Assembly: GCA_026706735.1 (NCBI GenBank)
Contig: JAPOYD010000141.1
Span: 870-64,869, forward strand
From: Nitrospinota bacterium
GTDB taxonomy: Bacteria > UBA8248
Reading direction: 5' to 3'
DNA length: 64,000 nt
Shown here piece by piece: positions 17,852-27,867 of this stretch. The position numbers and the translations under genes were made by a program. The notes below the pieces were generated by a model. It was not told where the DNA came from, searched no databases, and saw nothing but the letters and a program-made list of their open reading frames with translations. Numbering within the stretch: the stretch's first letter is position 1; every line of letters begins with the position of its first letter.

Positions 17852-18102
17852 TGGCGCTTTGCCTGGGCGATTACGCCGGGGGAGACTGGTATTTCATCGT
17901 GGCGTGCAAGGCCTGCGGCCGGGAGAAGGTCCTGGAACCCGCCGAACTCCTGGCCCGGCCGAGGACGGGAAAAGTGCACCGCGGAATGCGCGCGGAAGAC
18001 CTCGAACCCCTCTTGCGCTGCCGGGAATGCCGCTCGAAAAGAGCGCATATCGAGCCGGTCGCCAGAACGCGCAGGCAAGGCTTCGTCGGCGGGATGATCT
18101 GA
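17851..18102 (+). CDS. small zinc-ribbon-like protein (2x CxxC), translationally coupled to the polymerase
   Basis: The ATG overlaps the polymerase stop (TGATG) and GGAGGA lies 9 nt upstream. 83 aa with CKAC...CREC. Confidence 0.45.
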   Translation: MALCLGDYAGGDWYFIVACKACGREKVLEPAELLARPRTGKVHRGMRAEDLEPLLRCRECRSKRAHIEPVARTRRQGFVGGMI

Positions 18103-18135
18103 TGGGCGCGGCGCTTTTCGAGGGTGCCGGGCGGC

Positions 18136-18528
18136 TCAGGCGGGCAGCGCGGCGATGCACTCGACCTCGGCGAGCCAGTCGGGGTCGACGAGGCGGGCCA
18201 CCTGGACCTGGGAGCTGGCCGGGCGATGATCCCCGAACATCTCAAGGCGGACCTCGTTCATCACCTTGCGGTTGTCCAGATCCGCGCTGAAGACAGTGAC
18301 TTTGACGACGTTTTCGAGCGCAGCACCCGCTTCTTCGAGAATTGTTTGGATATTCGTGATGATCTGGCGCATCTGCGCGGCCGGGTCTCCCTTGCCCACC
18401 ACGTTTCCCTCCCCGTCCACGGAGACGCAGCCGCTCACGAAGAGGAGCGAGCCGCCGGTCACCTGAACCGCCTGATTGTAGACGCCGAGGTTTTTGAGCC
18501 TGGGTGAATTGATGATCTTGACGCTCAT
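18136..18528 (-). CDS. RidA-family reactive-intermediate deaminase
   Basis: 130 aa. GVYNQAVQVTGGSLLFVSG...KVTVFSADL...ARLVDPDWLAEVECIA is typical of YjgF/RidA. Confidence 0.85.
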   Translation of the reverse strand: MSVKIINSPRLKNLGVYNQAVQVTGGSLLFVSGCVSVDGEGNVVGKGDPAAQMRQIITNIQTILEEAGAALENVVKVTVFSADLDNRKVMNEVRLEMFGDHRPASSQVQVARLVDPDWLAEVECIAALPA

Positions 18529-18650
18529 ATTTCCCCCCTCTGCCGAATCAAGGAATGCGAAATTGCTGAATTATCCGCCAATCGCCGCCTGGAACCGAAA
18601 CGCCGCCCGGCGATTGAATATCCATAACGGTTCCACATTCTCCCCCTCTC

Positions 18651-18834
18651 GGAGGAGGTTGAAAAAGCCTCCTCACTTGGAGTTGACCACCGCCGTCATT
18701 CCGGCGAAAGCCGGAATGACGAAAAAACCGCACCGCCTCTTGTGGGGACAGGTCGCGACCTGTCCCTACAGACCATCCTCCCCGGTTGGTTACATTCGCC
18801 GAATCACGAAATCAGGACTTTTTCAACAGTCCCC
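18651..18834. repeat. composite mosaic element (same architecture as 16253-16505 but with collapsed family-1 hairpin)
   Basis: GGAGGAGGTTGAAAAAGCCTCCTC ... CGTCATTCCGGCGAAAGCCGGAATGACG ... GGGGACAGGTCGCGACCTGTCCCTACAG ... CAGGACTTTTTCAACAGTCCCC. Confidence 0.8.
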
Positions 18835-18867
18835 ACTCTCCGGGTGCGGATGGGTTCGGAAGACGGG

Positions 18868-19659
18868 CTATCCCCCTTGCTCGAAAATCTTGGCGCTCTC
18901 CTTTGCGATCAGGTCCAGGCATCCCGCCTTGGTCTCCATGAAGGCCGGGGAGGTGAGCATCGTCCGCGCCCGCGGCCGGGGCAGCGGCACTTTGAGCTCC
19001 TGGATGATTCTGCCCGGCTGCACCCCCATGATGAAGATTCGGTCCGCCATCAAAATCGCTTCGTCTACGTCGTGGGTGATGAAGAGCATGCTCATCTGGT
19101 GCTCTTCCCAGAGCTTGAGCAGCCACTCCTGCATGAGAAGGCGGGTCTGGGCGTCGAGCGCCGCAAAAGGCTCGTCCATGAGGAGTATCTCCGGGTTGTT
19201 GATGAGAACACGGGCGATGGAGACGCGCTGCCGCATCCCTCCCGAGAGCTCGTCCGGGTAGTGGCGCTCAAAGCCCGTGAGCCCCACGCGCTTCACGAAT
19301 TCGTGCGCGCGGGGCAGGAATTCCCTCCTGGACACTCCCCGCACCTTGAGCGCGAAGGCGATGTTGTCTTCCACGGTAAGCCAGTGAAACAGGAAGTGCT
19401 CCTGGAAAACGACGCCGCGCTCAGGACCCGGCTTCGTGATGGGGCGCCCTTCGATCAGCGCCTCGCCCTCGGTGGGCAGGATGAACCCCGCGATGATGTT
19501 CAGGATGGTGGTCTTGCCGCACCCGCTCGGGCCCAGGAGGGCGACGGTCTCGCGGTCTTCGATGCCGAAGGAGACGTCTTTGAGGGCCACCGTCTCCCGT
19601 GCCTGTCTTGCGTCTTCGAAGATTTTCGTGACTCTCTCGAGCCGGACTTTTTCCGTCAT
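18868..19659 (-). CDS. ABC transporter ATP-binding protein (NitT/TauT family)
   Basis: Walker A GPSGCGKTT, signature LSGGMRQR, Walker B LLMDEPF. The start is taken at MTEKVRLERV. The ORF-track ATG at 19764 is possible but adds an atypical extension. Confidence 0.85.
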   Translation of the reverse strand: MTEKVRLERVTKIFEDARQARETVALKDVSFGIEDRETVALLGPSGCGKTTILNIIAGFILPTEGEALIEGRPITKPGPERGVVFQEHFLFHWLTVEDNIAFALKVRGVSRREFLPRAHEFVKRVGLTGFERHYPDELSGGMRQRVSIARVLINNPEILLMDEPFAALDAQTRLLMQEWLLKLWEEHQMSMLFITHDVDEAILMADRIFIMGVQPGRIIQELKVPLPRPRARTMLTSPAFMETKAGCLDLIAKESAKIFEQGG

Positions 19660-19795
19660 CCGGAGAGGATTCCCAAGTGAGCGTCTTCTAACGTCCCGGG
19701 ACGCGCCGCGAGCGGCGAAAACATGGATTTCGCATGCGCCCCGCTCGTTCCCCTGTCCCGCCAATTCCCAAGGGGCGCCACAATATCCTTTCGCA

Positions 19796-20569
19796 TCACA
19801 CCACCCTGTAGTGAACGAACATGCGGCGCGAGAGGGCGTGAACGGAGCGATCCAGGCAGAAGCCCATCAGGCTCAAGGTGACGAAGGCGACGAACATCCG
19901 CTCCGTCTTTGTATAGATCTGGGCGTCCCAGATCATGAAGCCGACCCCCGATTTCGCGGCGAGCATCTCCGCCGCCACGATGGTCATGAAGGCGTTGCTG
20001 AGGGCCAGCTGCAAGCCGGTGACCATGTAGGGAACCGTCTCGGGGACGACGACCCGGAAAAGGACCTGGGTCCCGGTGGCGCCGAGGCTTCGTGCGGCCC
20101 GGATGGCGCCCTCGCGCACCGAGGCGGCCCCCGCCATGGTGTTCACCACCACGATGAAGACCGCCGTGTAGAAGATCAGGACGATTTTCGATTCTTCGCC
20201 GAAGCCGAACCAGATGATGAACAGCGTGACCAGGGTCACGGGCGGGACGAAGCGGAAGTATTCCAAGACGGGAAGGGCGAGCGCCCGCACCCAGGGGAGC
20301 CGCCCCATGACGACGCCGAGAAAAGAACCGACGACGGCGCCGAGCGCCCATCCCGAGAGCACCCGGAACAGGCTCATCACGATGTTCCAGGGCAACTCGC
20401 CGGTGCGCGTGATCTCGACGGCCTTCCGCATGGTGGTCAGGGGGGAGGGGAGGAAGATCGGCGGAAACACGAAGGTAAAACCCCACCAGGCCACCAGGAA
20501 AATGGCCACGGAAAGGGTGTAAATCGCAAAAACTCCTCCGATCCTCAAACCTCCCGTTCCCCCTTTCAC
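19796..20569 (-). CDS. ABC transporter permease (NitT/TauT family)
   Basis: 257 aa and polytopic. EAA-like loop AARSLGATGTQVLFRVVVPETVPY. Confidence 0.85.
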   Translation of the reverse strand: MKGGTGGLRIGGVFAIYTLSVAIFLVAWWGFTFVFPPIFLPSPLTTMRKAVEITRTGELPWNIVMSLFRVLSGWALGAVVGSFLGVVMGRLPWVRALALPVLEYFRFVPPVTLVTLFIIWFGFGEESKIVLIFYTAVFIVVVNTMAGAASVREGAIRAARSLGATGTQVLFRVVVPETVPYMVTGLQLALSNAFMTIVAAEMLAAKSGVGFMIWDAQIYTKTERMFVAFVTLSLMGFCLDRSVHALSRRMFVHYRVV

Positions 20570-20579
20570 CCGCTTCGTT

Positions 20580-21578
20580 CTAGTACGGGAAATCCGTCAC
20601 CCTGGAGGCGGCCACCGCCCGGAGGAAGCTCGGATCGATGATGCTCTTCCAGTCCGGAATCTGCTTGATGTGGCCCAGCTTCTTCTTGAACGCGGAAACC
20701 TCCTGAAGGGTGTCGTAGTAACTCTTGTCGAGCCAGATTTTCAGTTTGTAGTCGTTCAGCGCCGCCTTGGCGTCCGCCGCGCTGGAGCGGGTGACCTTCT
20801 GGAACGTGGCCGCCGCCGCTGCGGGATCCGCGTTGGCCATATCCGTCGCCTCGATCAGGGCCTGCAGGAAGCGCTTCAGGGTCTTGGGTTTCTCCCTGGC
20901 GAACCCCCGGCGGACCGTCAGGTGGAAGTTGGGCTCGTAATCGCTGGCCTTGCTCGCCGCCAGGATGTGGAGCGCGTCCCCCTTGAGCTGCATCACCTTG
21001 CGCGGCCAGGGTTCCCAGAACCACATGGCCTCCACGGCGCCCTTCACCATGGTGGGGGCGGCTTCGGGCGGGGGGAGGTTGACGTGATCGAGCTTCTTGT
21101 AGTCGATGCCCCTGTTCCCGAGGAACTTGATGAACCCGAACTCTCCGCCGGTCCCGCCCATCCAGGTCACTTTCTTTCCGATGAGGTCCTTAGGACTCTT
21201 GATCGACTTTTTGGCCACCAGCTTCATGCTCTCGTTGCCCTGCGCCGTCGCGGCCACGATGATGGCGTCGATCCCCTTGGCGATGTTCGAGATGGTGGGC
21301 GGGTCGCTCTGAAAGGAGATGTCCAGTTGGCCGCTGCCGATGGCCCGCAGGCCCACCAGCGCGGTGTGGCCCATGGTGTTGGTGGTCTTGAGTCCGTGCT
21401 TCTTGAAAATCCCCTTGTCCTCGGCCAGCCAGTAGGGTATCCCCAACGAAGTGGGCTCGGTCGAGAAGCGGACCGCCCCGTCGTCGGCCGCCCCCGCCGG
21501 CCCGGGACCGACCGCCAGGAAGAGCACCAAGGCGGCAATTCCGACCATTTCCCGTATCCAGCTTCTTTCACGCATCAT
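20580..21578 (-). CDS. ABC substrate-binding protein, NMT1/THI5-like (sulfonate/nitrate/taurine type)
   Basis: Signal peptide, 332 aa, and position between the permease genes of a NitT/TauT-type system. Confidence 0.75.
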   Translation of the reverse strand: MMRERSWIREMVGIAALVLFLAVGPGPAGAADDGAVRFSTEPTSLGIPYWLAEDKGIFKKHGLKTTNTMGHTALVGLRAIGSGQLDISFQSDPPTISNIAKGIDAIIVAATAQGNESMKLVAKKSIKSPKDLIGKKVTWMGGTGGEFGFIKFLGNRGIDYKKLDHVNLPPPEAAPTMVKGAVEAMWFWEPWPRKVMQLKGDALHILAASKASDYEPNFHLTVRRGFAREKPKTLKRFLQALIEATDMANADPAAAAATFQKVTRSSAADAKAALNDYKLKIWLDKSYYDTLQEVSAFKKKLGHIKQIPDWKSIIDPSFLRAVAASRVTDFPY

Positions 21579-21643
21579 AGGTCATCCTCCTCTTTTCACA
21601 GGGTGAAGTTCCGTGAGGCAACACGTCGCGATTCAAAACCGGC

Positions 21644-21670
21644 GCATCCGTTTGCGCCGGTGCTGGAGAT
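21644..21670 (-). terminator. intrinsic terminator between upstream permease gene and SBP gene
   Basis: Minus-strand CCGGCGCA-AACGGA-TGCGCCGG followed by UUUUG. Confidence 0.55.
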
Positions 21671-21773
21671 GAGCGGAATCGAGAACCCGGTTCTGGCTCG
21701 TGAGCGAAGTGCGGAAGGGTTTCGGAATGAAGCCATTCTCAGCCCTTTCATACAGACCGGCAGCTGTTGCGGT

Positions 21774-22529
21774 TCACACCACCCGGTAGTGGGAGAAAAA
21801 CCGGTAGGCGAGGAACCGGAACACCCGATCGGTGGTCAGCCCCAGGAGTCCCAGACCCAGGAAGCCGACGAAAATCTGATCGGTCAGCATGAAATTTCTT
21901 GCGGACCAAATAAGGTATCCCATGCCGGATCGAGCCGCAAGCATTTCCGCCGCCGCGATTACGATGAACGCGTTTCCCATGGCCATCCGCATGCCCGTCA
22001 CGATGTAGGGCACCGTTTCGGGCACGACCACCTGGAGCAGGACCTGGGTTTCCGTCGCTCCCAGGCTTCGGGCGGCACGCAGGACCCCCGGGGGTGCGCT
22101 CAGGGTTCCGGCCATGGTGTTGATCACGATCACGAAAAACGAGGTGTAGAAAACGAGCATGATCTTCGAGGCTTCGCCCAGTCCGAACCAGACGATGAAG
22201 ATGCCCACGAACGAGATGGGCGGAATGTAGCGCAATCCCTGGATGTAGGGGGTGGCGAATGTGCGAACGCCGGGCAGCCACCCCATGAGCAGGCCCAGGG
22301 GAATTCCCAGGGCGCACCCCAGAAGCCAGCCGCCCATGATCCGGCCCATGCTCATCAGGATGGATTCGTGGAGAAAGCCCGTGCCCGCCAGCTCGACCGC
22401 CGTCATAACGGTGAGCCAGGGTGAGGGAACGAAGAGGGGATGGGAGAACGCCGCCACGATCCACCACGCGCAGATGAAGAGCGAAAAACCCAGGACGGAG
22501 AGCATTCCCGACCACCCTTTGCCCCGCAT
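21774..22529 (-). CDS. second ABC permease (NitT/TauT family), own transcription unit
   Basis: Paralogous to 19796-20569 (AARSLGATETQVLLQVVVPETVPY). The start is taken at MRGKGWSG because the ORF-track extension runs into a REP element. Confidence 0.8.
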   Translation of the reverse strand: MRGKGWSGMLSVLGFSLFICAWWIVAAFSHPLFVPSPWLTVMTAVELAGTGFLHESILMSMGRIMGGWLLGCALGIPLGLLMGWLPGVRTFATPYIQGLRYIPPISFVGIFIVWFGLGEASKIMLVFYTSFFVIVINTMAGTLSAPPGVLRAARSLGATETQVLLQVVVPETVPYIVTGMRMAMGNAFIVIAAAEMLAARSGMGYLIWSARNFMLTDQIFVGFLGLGLLGLTTDRVFRFLAYRFFSHYRVV

Positions 22530-22727
22530 GCGCTCCTCCCCCCAAGCTTCGCAACCCGTGTAATACGACGTCTTCCGCAGTCCGGATGAGGATAAATAAA
22601 TGCAGGATGAAACCGAATGTATCATATTCAACCGATTGGAGAAATCCGCTGGAATGCGGGGAAAGAATTGCTTCCACATTGAGGGGACCGCTGATAAAGT
22701 ACCCCGGAGAAGGGGAGTTGGAGGGGT

Positions 22728-22751
22728 GTAGGGGTCGCATATATGTCCGAC
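22728..22751. repeat. REP variant GTAGGGGTCGCATATATGTCCGAC
   Basis: Degenerate copy of the 3458-3485 palindrome. Confidence 0.7.
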
Positions 22752-22791
22752 ATACACGGAAATCCTTCGTTCGCGGAAGGTGGCCTTTGCT

Positions 22792-22930
22792 CGTCATTCC
22801 GGCGCATGCCGGAATCCAGAACCAGTGAGAAGGGTAAATTACGGCGTTCCATTTCCTCGTTCATTCGCCCGGAACGACGGCCAAAGAGCAAAAAGCAAAG
22901 TCCCTGGATTCCGGCATGCGCCGGAATGAC
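22792..22930. repeat. family-1 MITE-like element, full copy
   Basis: Left arm 22792-22819, right arm 22902-22930. The internal AAAGCAAAGTCCCTGG is shared with copy 16295-16426. Confidence 0.85.
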
Positions 22931-23053
22931 GAGTATAGGCGAAAGGGGGCGGGGGTCGAACGCCTTGCGCCGGAACGCCCGTTTGACCCTCCCTCCTCGG
23001 TCGGGCCAAACCTTCGATACGCGGCTTCGCCGCTATTCAGGATGAGGCGGAGA

Positions 23054-23098
23054 GGACTTTTTCAACAACCCTCCTCAGGGGGGCTTTTTCAGAAATCG
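23054..23098. repeat. GGACTTTTTCAACAACCC motif plus degenerate second copy
   Basis: The same 18-20 nt motif occurs at 14363, 16487, 18815, 26357, 35389 and 41119, and inverted at 16253 and 18651. Confidence 0.75.
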
Positions 23099-23213
23099 TC
23101 GACTCAGGTATATAATTCCCTTTTTCCCGGACGCAAAGCCGAAGCGAAAACGAATGCCTGGCTTGACGGGGTTCGATTCCATTCCGAAAGGCGCTTCACC
23201 GAGGGGGGAAAGC

Positions 23214-23978
23214 ATGGATTCATTCATGAACTTTGAAGGACAGGACGTCATCGTGACCGGCGGAGCGACCGGGGTGGGGGAGGCGAGCGCGCGCCTGTTC
23301 GCCGAGCGGGGCGCCTCAGTCGCCATCCTCGACATCAACGGCGAGGGAGCGGAGAGCGTCGCCGCCGATATCCGAAGGAGCGGAGGAGACGCGCAGGCGT
23401 TCGAGGTGGATCTCACCGACTGGGACGCCACCCGGGCCGCCGTCGAGGCGGCCCACGGCCGGCATGGGCGCATCGACGTGCTCGCCCACGTGGCCGGCGG
23501 ATTCCCGGAGTTCCTGGGCATTCTCGACTGTCCGCTGGAGACGTGGGACCCGATGGTGGCGAGCAACCTGAAATCGATGTTCATTCTGCTCCAGGCGGTC
23601 GCGCCGCACATGATCGAGGCGGGCTACGGCCGCGTCGTCTGCTTTTCCAGCCTGGCCGCCCGCAGCGCGATCAACCCGAACCCGCCCCACTACACCGCGG
23701 CGAAAGCCGGCGTCCTCGGCCTCGCGCGTCAGGTGGCGGGCGAACTGGGTCCCCACGGCATCACCGTAAACGCGATCGCGCCCGCCAACGTGGCCACCCC
23801 GAGCACCATGGCCATACGCAAACCCGAGCGCATCCGGCATATTGAAGAAGTGACGCCCGTCGGCCGCCTGTGCCAGCCCGAAGAGGTCGCGGCGGCCGTC
23901 ATATTCCTTTGCAGCCGGGAGGCCGGCTACATTACCGGCGTGACCCTCGACGTGAACGGCGGGGCGGCGATGATATAG
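23214..23978 (+). CDS. SDR-family oxidoreductase (FabG-like)
   Basis: TGGATGVG cofactor motif, catalytic YxxxK (YTAAKAG), ~254 aa. Confidence 0.85.
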   Translation: MDSFMNFEGQDVIVTGGATGVGEASARLFAERGASVAILDINGEGAESVAADIRRSGGDAQAFEVDLTDWDATRAAVEAAHGRHGRIDVLAHVAGGFPEFLGILDCPLETWDPMVASNLKSMFILLQAVAPHMIEAGYGRVVCFSSLAARSAINPNPPHYTAAKAGVLGLARQVAGELGPHGITVNAIAPANVATPSTMAIRKPERIRHIEEVTPVGRLCQPEEVAAAVIFLCSREAGYITGVTLDVNGGAAMI

Positions 23979-24315
23979 CGCCGCCGGGACTGCCGATCCC
24001 GCTGGGCTCGATCCGGATCATCTATGCCCGGGCTGCGCGCCAATCCGCCCTGAAATGTTTTCCGGTGGCAGTCGTACTGGGCATCGTTCCGGTCATCCCC
24101 CCGCGTCTGGCGGGCTTCGCCGTGATGCGGCATAATAGGGCATCAGGATCGAGGAAAAGCCGGAGTCCCGGCCTCGGCCCCGCTGATGGTATCCGCCGCG
24201 CGCGAGCCGGGGGCCGTCCGATACGGTTCGCGGCGATCATCGGAGTGAATCCCGGTATGGGCCATATCACGCCGACTACCGCGCCGCCCGGCGCTCACGC
24301 CCTGAGGGCCGCCCT

Positions 24316-25509
24316 ATGACCCAGGAATTCCTCGCCGATTTGGCCGGCCGTATCGAAACGCTCAAGGCCGACGGCCTGTTCAAACAGGAGCAGGTCATCT
24401 CCTCGCCGCAGCAGGGCGAGGTCACCCTGGAGACGGGCGCTGACTGCATCAACCTGTGCGCCAACAACTACCTGGGCCTCTCCAACCATCCCCGCCTCGT
24501 CGAGGCGGCCAGGGCCGCGTTGTCCCGCTACGGTTTCGGGATGTCTTCGGTGCGGTTCATCTGCGGCACCCAGGTTCCCCACAAGCAGCTGGAGGAGCGC
24601 CTGAGTGTGTTCCTGGGAACCGAGGACACGATTCTGTTCCCCAGTTGTTTCGACGCCAACGCAGGGCTGTTCGAGAGCCTTCTGGGCGAGGAGGACGCGA
24701 TCATATCCGACGCGCTGAACCACGCCTCGATCATCGACGGCGTACGCCTTTGCCGCGCGAAGCGGTTCCGTTACGCCAACAACGACATGGCGGACCTGGA
24801 AGCCAGGCTTCAGGAAGCGGCCGGCGCGCGCTACCGCCTGATCGCCACGGACGGGGTTTTCTCGATGGACGGCTATCTGGCCGATTTGCCGGCCATCTGC
24901 GACCTGGCGGAAAAACACGACGCCATCGTGATGGTCGACGACAGCCATGCCGTCGGCTTCGTCGGCGCCACGGGGCGGGGTACGCCAGAGCGCTGCGGCG
25001 TCGCGGGGCGGGTCGACATCCTGACGGGGACCCTCGGCAAGGCGCTGGGGGGTGCTGCCGGCGGCTACGTCGCAGCCCGCCGCGTCGTCGTGGAATGGCT
25101 GCGCCAGAGCGCGCGCCCCTACATCTTCTCGAACACGCCGGCCCCCGTCATCGCCCAGACCGGCCTGGCGGCGCTGGACCTGCTCGCGGGCTCATCGGAA
25201 CTGCGGGAGCGGCTCTGGCGCAACACGAAGCATTTCCGCGCCGAAATGACCGCCCTGGGCTTCGAACTGCTGCCCGGCGAGCACCCCATCATTCCCCTGA
25301 TGCTGCGCGACCCGAAGCTGGCGCAGGACTTCGCCGCCGGACTCCGCGGGAAGGGTGTACTGGTCACTGCGTTTTCGTTCCCCGTCGTCCCGCGCGGGGG
25401 GGACAGGATACGCACGCAGATGTCGGCGGCCCACGACCTGGAGGATCTCGACCGCGCCATCAGCGCCTTCGCCGAGGTGGGCCGGGGGCTCGGAGTCATC
25501 GCGTCATGA
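24316..25509 (+). CDS. kbl: glycine C-acetyltransferase (2-amino-3-ketobutyrate CoA ligase)
   Basis: Co-linear by eye with E. coli Kbl ([37 protein letters not shown]-Lys region [20 protein letters not shown]). Confidence 0.92.
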   Translation: MTQEFLADLAGRIETLKADGLFKQEQVISSPQQGEVTLETGADCINLCANNYLGLSNHPRLVEAARAALSRYGFGMSSVRFICGTQVPHKQLEERLSVFLGTEDTILFPSCFDANAGLFESLLGEEDAIISDALNHASIIDGVRLCRAKRFRYANNDMADLEARLQEAAGARYRLIATDGVFSMDGYLADLPAICDLAEKHDAIVMVDDSHAVGFVGATGRGTPERCGVAGRVDILTGTLGKALGGAAGGYVAARRVVVEWLRQSARPYIFSNTPAPVIAQTGLAALDLLAGSSELRERLWRNTKHFRAEMTALGFELLPGEHPIIPLMLRDPKLAQDFAAGLRGKGVLVTAFSFPVVPRGGDRIRTQMSAAHDLEDLDRAISAFAEVGRGLGVIAS

Positions 25510-26306
25510 GCGCCTTCAAGCTTGAAGGACAGGCGGCCATTGTCACCGGCGGCGCCAGCGGCATCGGACTCGCCACGGCGCAAACGCTGGCGGACGCGGG
25601 CGCAGCCGTCGTGGTCGCCGACCTGAACGAGGAGGCGGGCGCGCATACGGCGGAGGCGCTCAAAGAACGAGGCGCCGAGGCGCTGTTCGTCAGGACCGAC
25701 GTGGCCGAGGCCCGGGACGTCGAAGCGCTCATCGAGGCGGTGATGGAGCGGTTCGGCTCGCTGGAAATCCTGATGCATTTCGCAGGGATAGGCAAAGAGA
25801 TACTCACCCTGGAAACCACCCTCGAGGAATGGAACCGCATCATTGGCGTCAACCTCACGGGAAGTTTCCTGATGATGCAGGCCGCCGGCGCCGTGATGGT
25901 CGAGGCAGGGTATGGCCGGATCGTGTCGATGTCTTCTGTTGCGGGGCTGCGGGGCGGGACGGGACGCGCGGCCTACGGCGCGTCCAAGGGCGGAGTCGCG
26001 GCGTTGACGCGGGTGATGGCGGTCGAGTGGGCGCAGCATGGTGTGACGGTCAACACGCTGGCGCCGGGGCCCATCGAGACCGCGCTGGTGCGGGAAATGC
26101 ACGACGAGGAGACCCGCCGGGCCTACCTCGATACCGTTCCGGTGAACCGCTACGGGGCGCCCGAGGAAGTGGCGGCCGCGGCCCTCTATCTGGCGCTGCC
26201 GGAATCCGGCTACATCAACGGCGTGACGCTGCCTGTGGACGGCGGCTTCGACGCCGGCGGCGTCATGAAGCGCGGCCCTGAAGGGTCCGGAGCGACCGCC
26301 TCCTGA
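25506..26306 (+). CDS. SDR-family oxidoreductase, ATGA-coupled to kbl
   Basis: [21 protein letters not shown], catalytic YGASKGG. The start overlaps the kbl stop. The long 24456.. ORF upstream part is an out-of-frame shadow of kbl. Confidence 0.85.
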   Translation: MSAFKLEGQAAIVTGGASGIGLATAQTLADAGAAVVVADLNEEAGAHTAEALKERGAEALFVRTDVAEARDVEALIEAVMERFGSLEILMHFAGIGKEILTLETTLEEWNRIIGVNLTGSFLMMQAAGAVMVEAGYGRIVSMSSVAGLRGGTGRAAYGASKGGVAALTRVMAVEWAQHGVTVNTLAPGPIETALVREMHDEETRRAYLDTVPVNRYGAPEEVAAAALYLALPESGYINGVTLPVDGGFDAGGVMKRGPEGSGATAS

Positions 26307-26465
26307 AGAACGGCTGCCCAAAAACCTCTCGCCGGGGCAGCGAACGCTCCCTCCCCGGGGTTATTCAACAACCCCTCCTCACTCGCGTCAAACACTCGTT
26401 CCTCACTCGCGTTTGACCCCGCATTTGCCGCCACGGGTTTTTCGCGTCGATGGAGTATGCTGGAG

Positions 26466-26490
26466 AGGCCGCCTGCCGGCCTTCTTTTTT
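26466..26490 (+). terminator. intrinsic terminator downstream of kbl-SDR
   Basis: AGGCCG-CCTGC-CGGCCT followed by TCTTTTTT. Confidence 0.55.
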
Positions 26491-26546
26491 CAGGTGGCGG
26501 AGCGGGCGCGGATCGCGGGAGTCGTGTGGTCGCTACGCAGAGCCGC

Positions 26547-26645
26547 GGAAGGAGCAAAATGCAAATAATAATTTCCGGAAAATTCGATAAATATAGATAA
26601 ATTCACGGGGTTTTTCGGTAAATTTCAGGCAAATTATTTTGGAGG
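26547..26645 (+). repeat. AT-rich module A (SD + truncated 13-codon ORF); inverted partner at 34581-34678
   Basis: The core TAAATTCACGGGGTTTTTCG is identical in both copies. GGAAGGAG-n4-ATG at 26559. Confidence 0.75.
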
Positions 26646-26711
26646 ATAAGACGCCGCGGTATCCGGGCGCAGGGGAATTCTGCCATGATCCGCCAGGCCT
26701 GCGATGACGGC

Positions 26712-26737
26712 AAATGCGGGGAAATGCTGCGAGTTGC
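26712..26737 (+). promoter_or_regulatory. three hexamers AAATGC/AAATGC/AGTTGC at exact 10-bp phasing
   Basis: Hexamers start at 26712, 26722 and 26732. Similar arrays lie at 34478-34503 and 34993-35028. Confidence 0.4.
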
Positions 26738-26861
26738 GCCCCCGCTCAGGGCGTCCTCCCGGCATAAGGGGCGTAAGAGCAATCACCGGTAAACGGCGCG
26801 CCACACCCTCCTTTTCGTGTGCCGCGCGTCAAGACGTGATTCCATAAGTATTTGATTTCGT

Positions 26862-27638
<777 letters not shown>

Positions 27639-27867
27639 TTCGATGAACTCCTTTCGCGTTGCGTATTTGAGGTTCTCCGTAGCGAGGAGAAACGCGGATG
27701 TATGATTCGATGTGAAGATAGCCTATGGCGCGGCGTTCGTCACCTGATGGCGCGATGGGTGGCGTTTATGGAAACTTGAAAAATCTTCTCGAACCGGAAT
27801 TTCTATCGATTTTTGGTGCAATGCTAAATCAAAAAGAATCAGATATTTGAATGGAGAAGCCCAATTG

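Noticed and set aside
16613-18102. imuA-imuB-dnaE2 mutagenesis cassette or umuDC operon
   Set aside because: Only one Y-family polymerase gene is present. No RecA-like ImuA, DnaE2 or UmuD-like peptidase lies adjacent.
21579-21773. TPP riboswitch upstream of the NMT1/THI5-like binding-protein gene (the minus strand contains GGGCUGAGA...ACCC)
   Set aside because: The conserved pyrophosphate-sensing half (CCUGAUCUGGAUAAUGCCAGCG-like) is missing. The region is better explained by an intrinsic terminator.
23160-23190. tRNA-like T-arm string GGGGTTCGATTCC
   Set aside because: There is no complementary 3' half of the T stem, no acceptor stem and no anticodon arm around it. It lies just upstream of, and partly within, the SDR leader.
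24456-25505. N-terminal 350 aa of the 616-aa ORF 24456..26306
   Set aside because: It is an out-of-frame read through kbl, with an Arg/Pro-rich product. Only the part from ATG 25506 ([16 protein letters not shown]...) is a real SDR gene.
27774-27802. Sigma-32 heat-shock promoter upstream of groES (CTTGAAA at 27774)
   Set aside because: The -35 matches, but the -10 region (CCGGAATTT) fits CCCCATNT poorly. CIRCE plus a good sigma-70 promoter closer to the gene explain regulation better.
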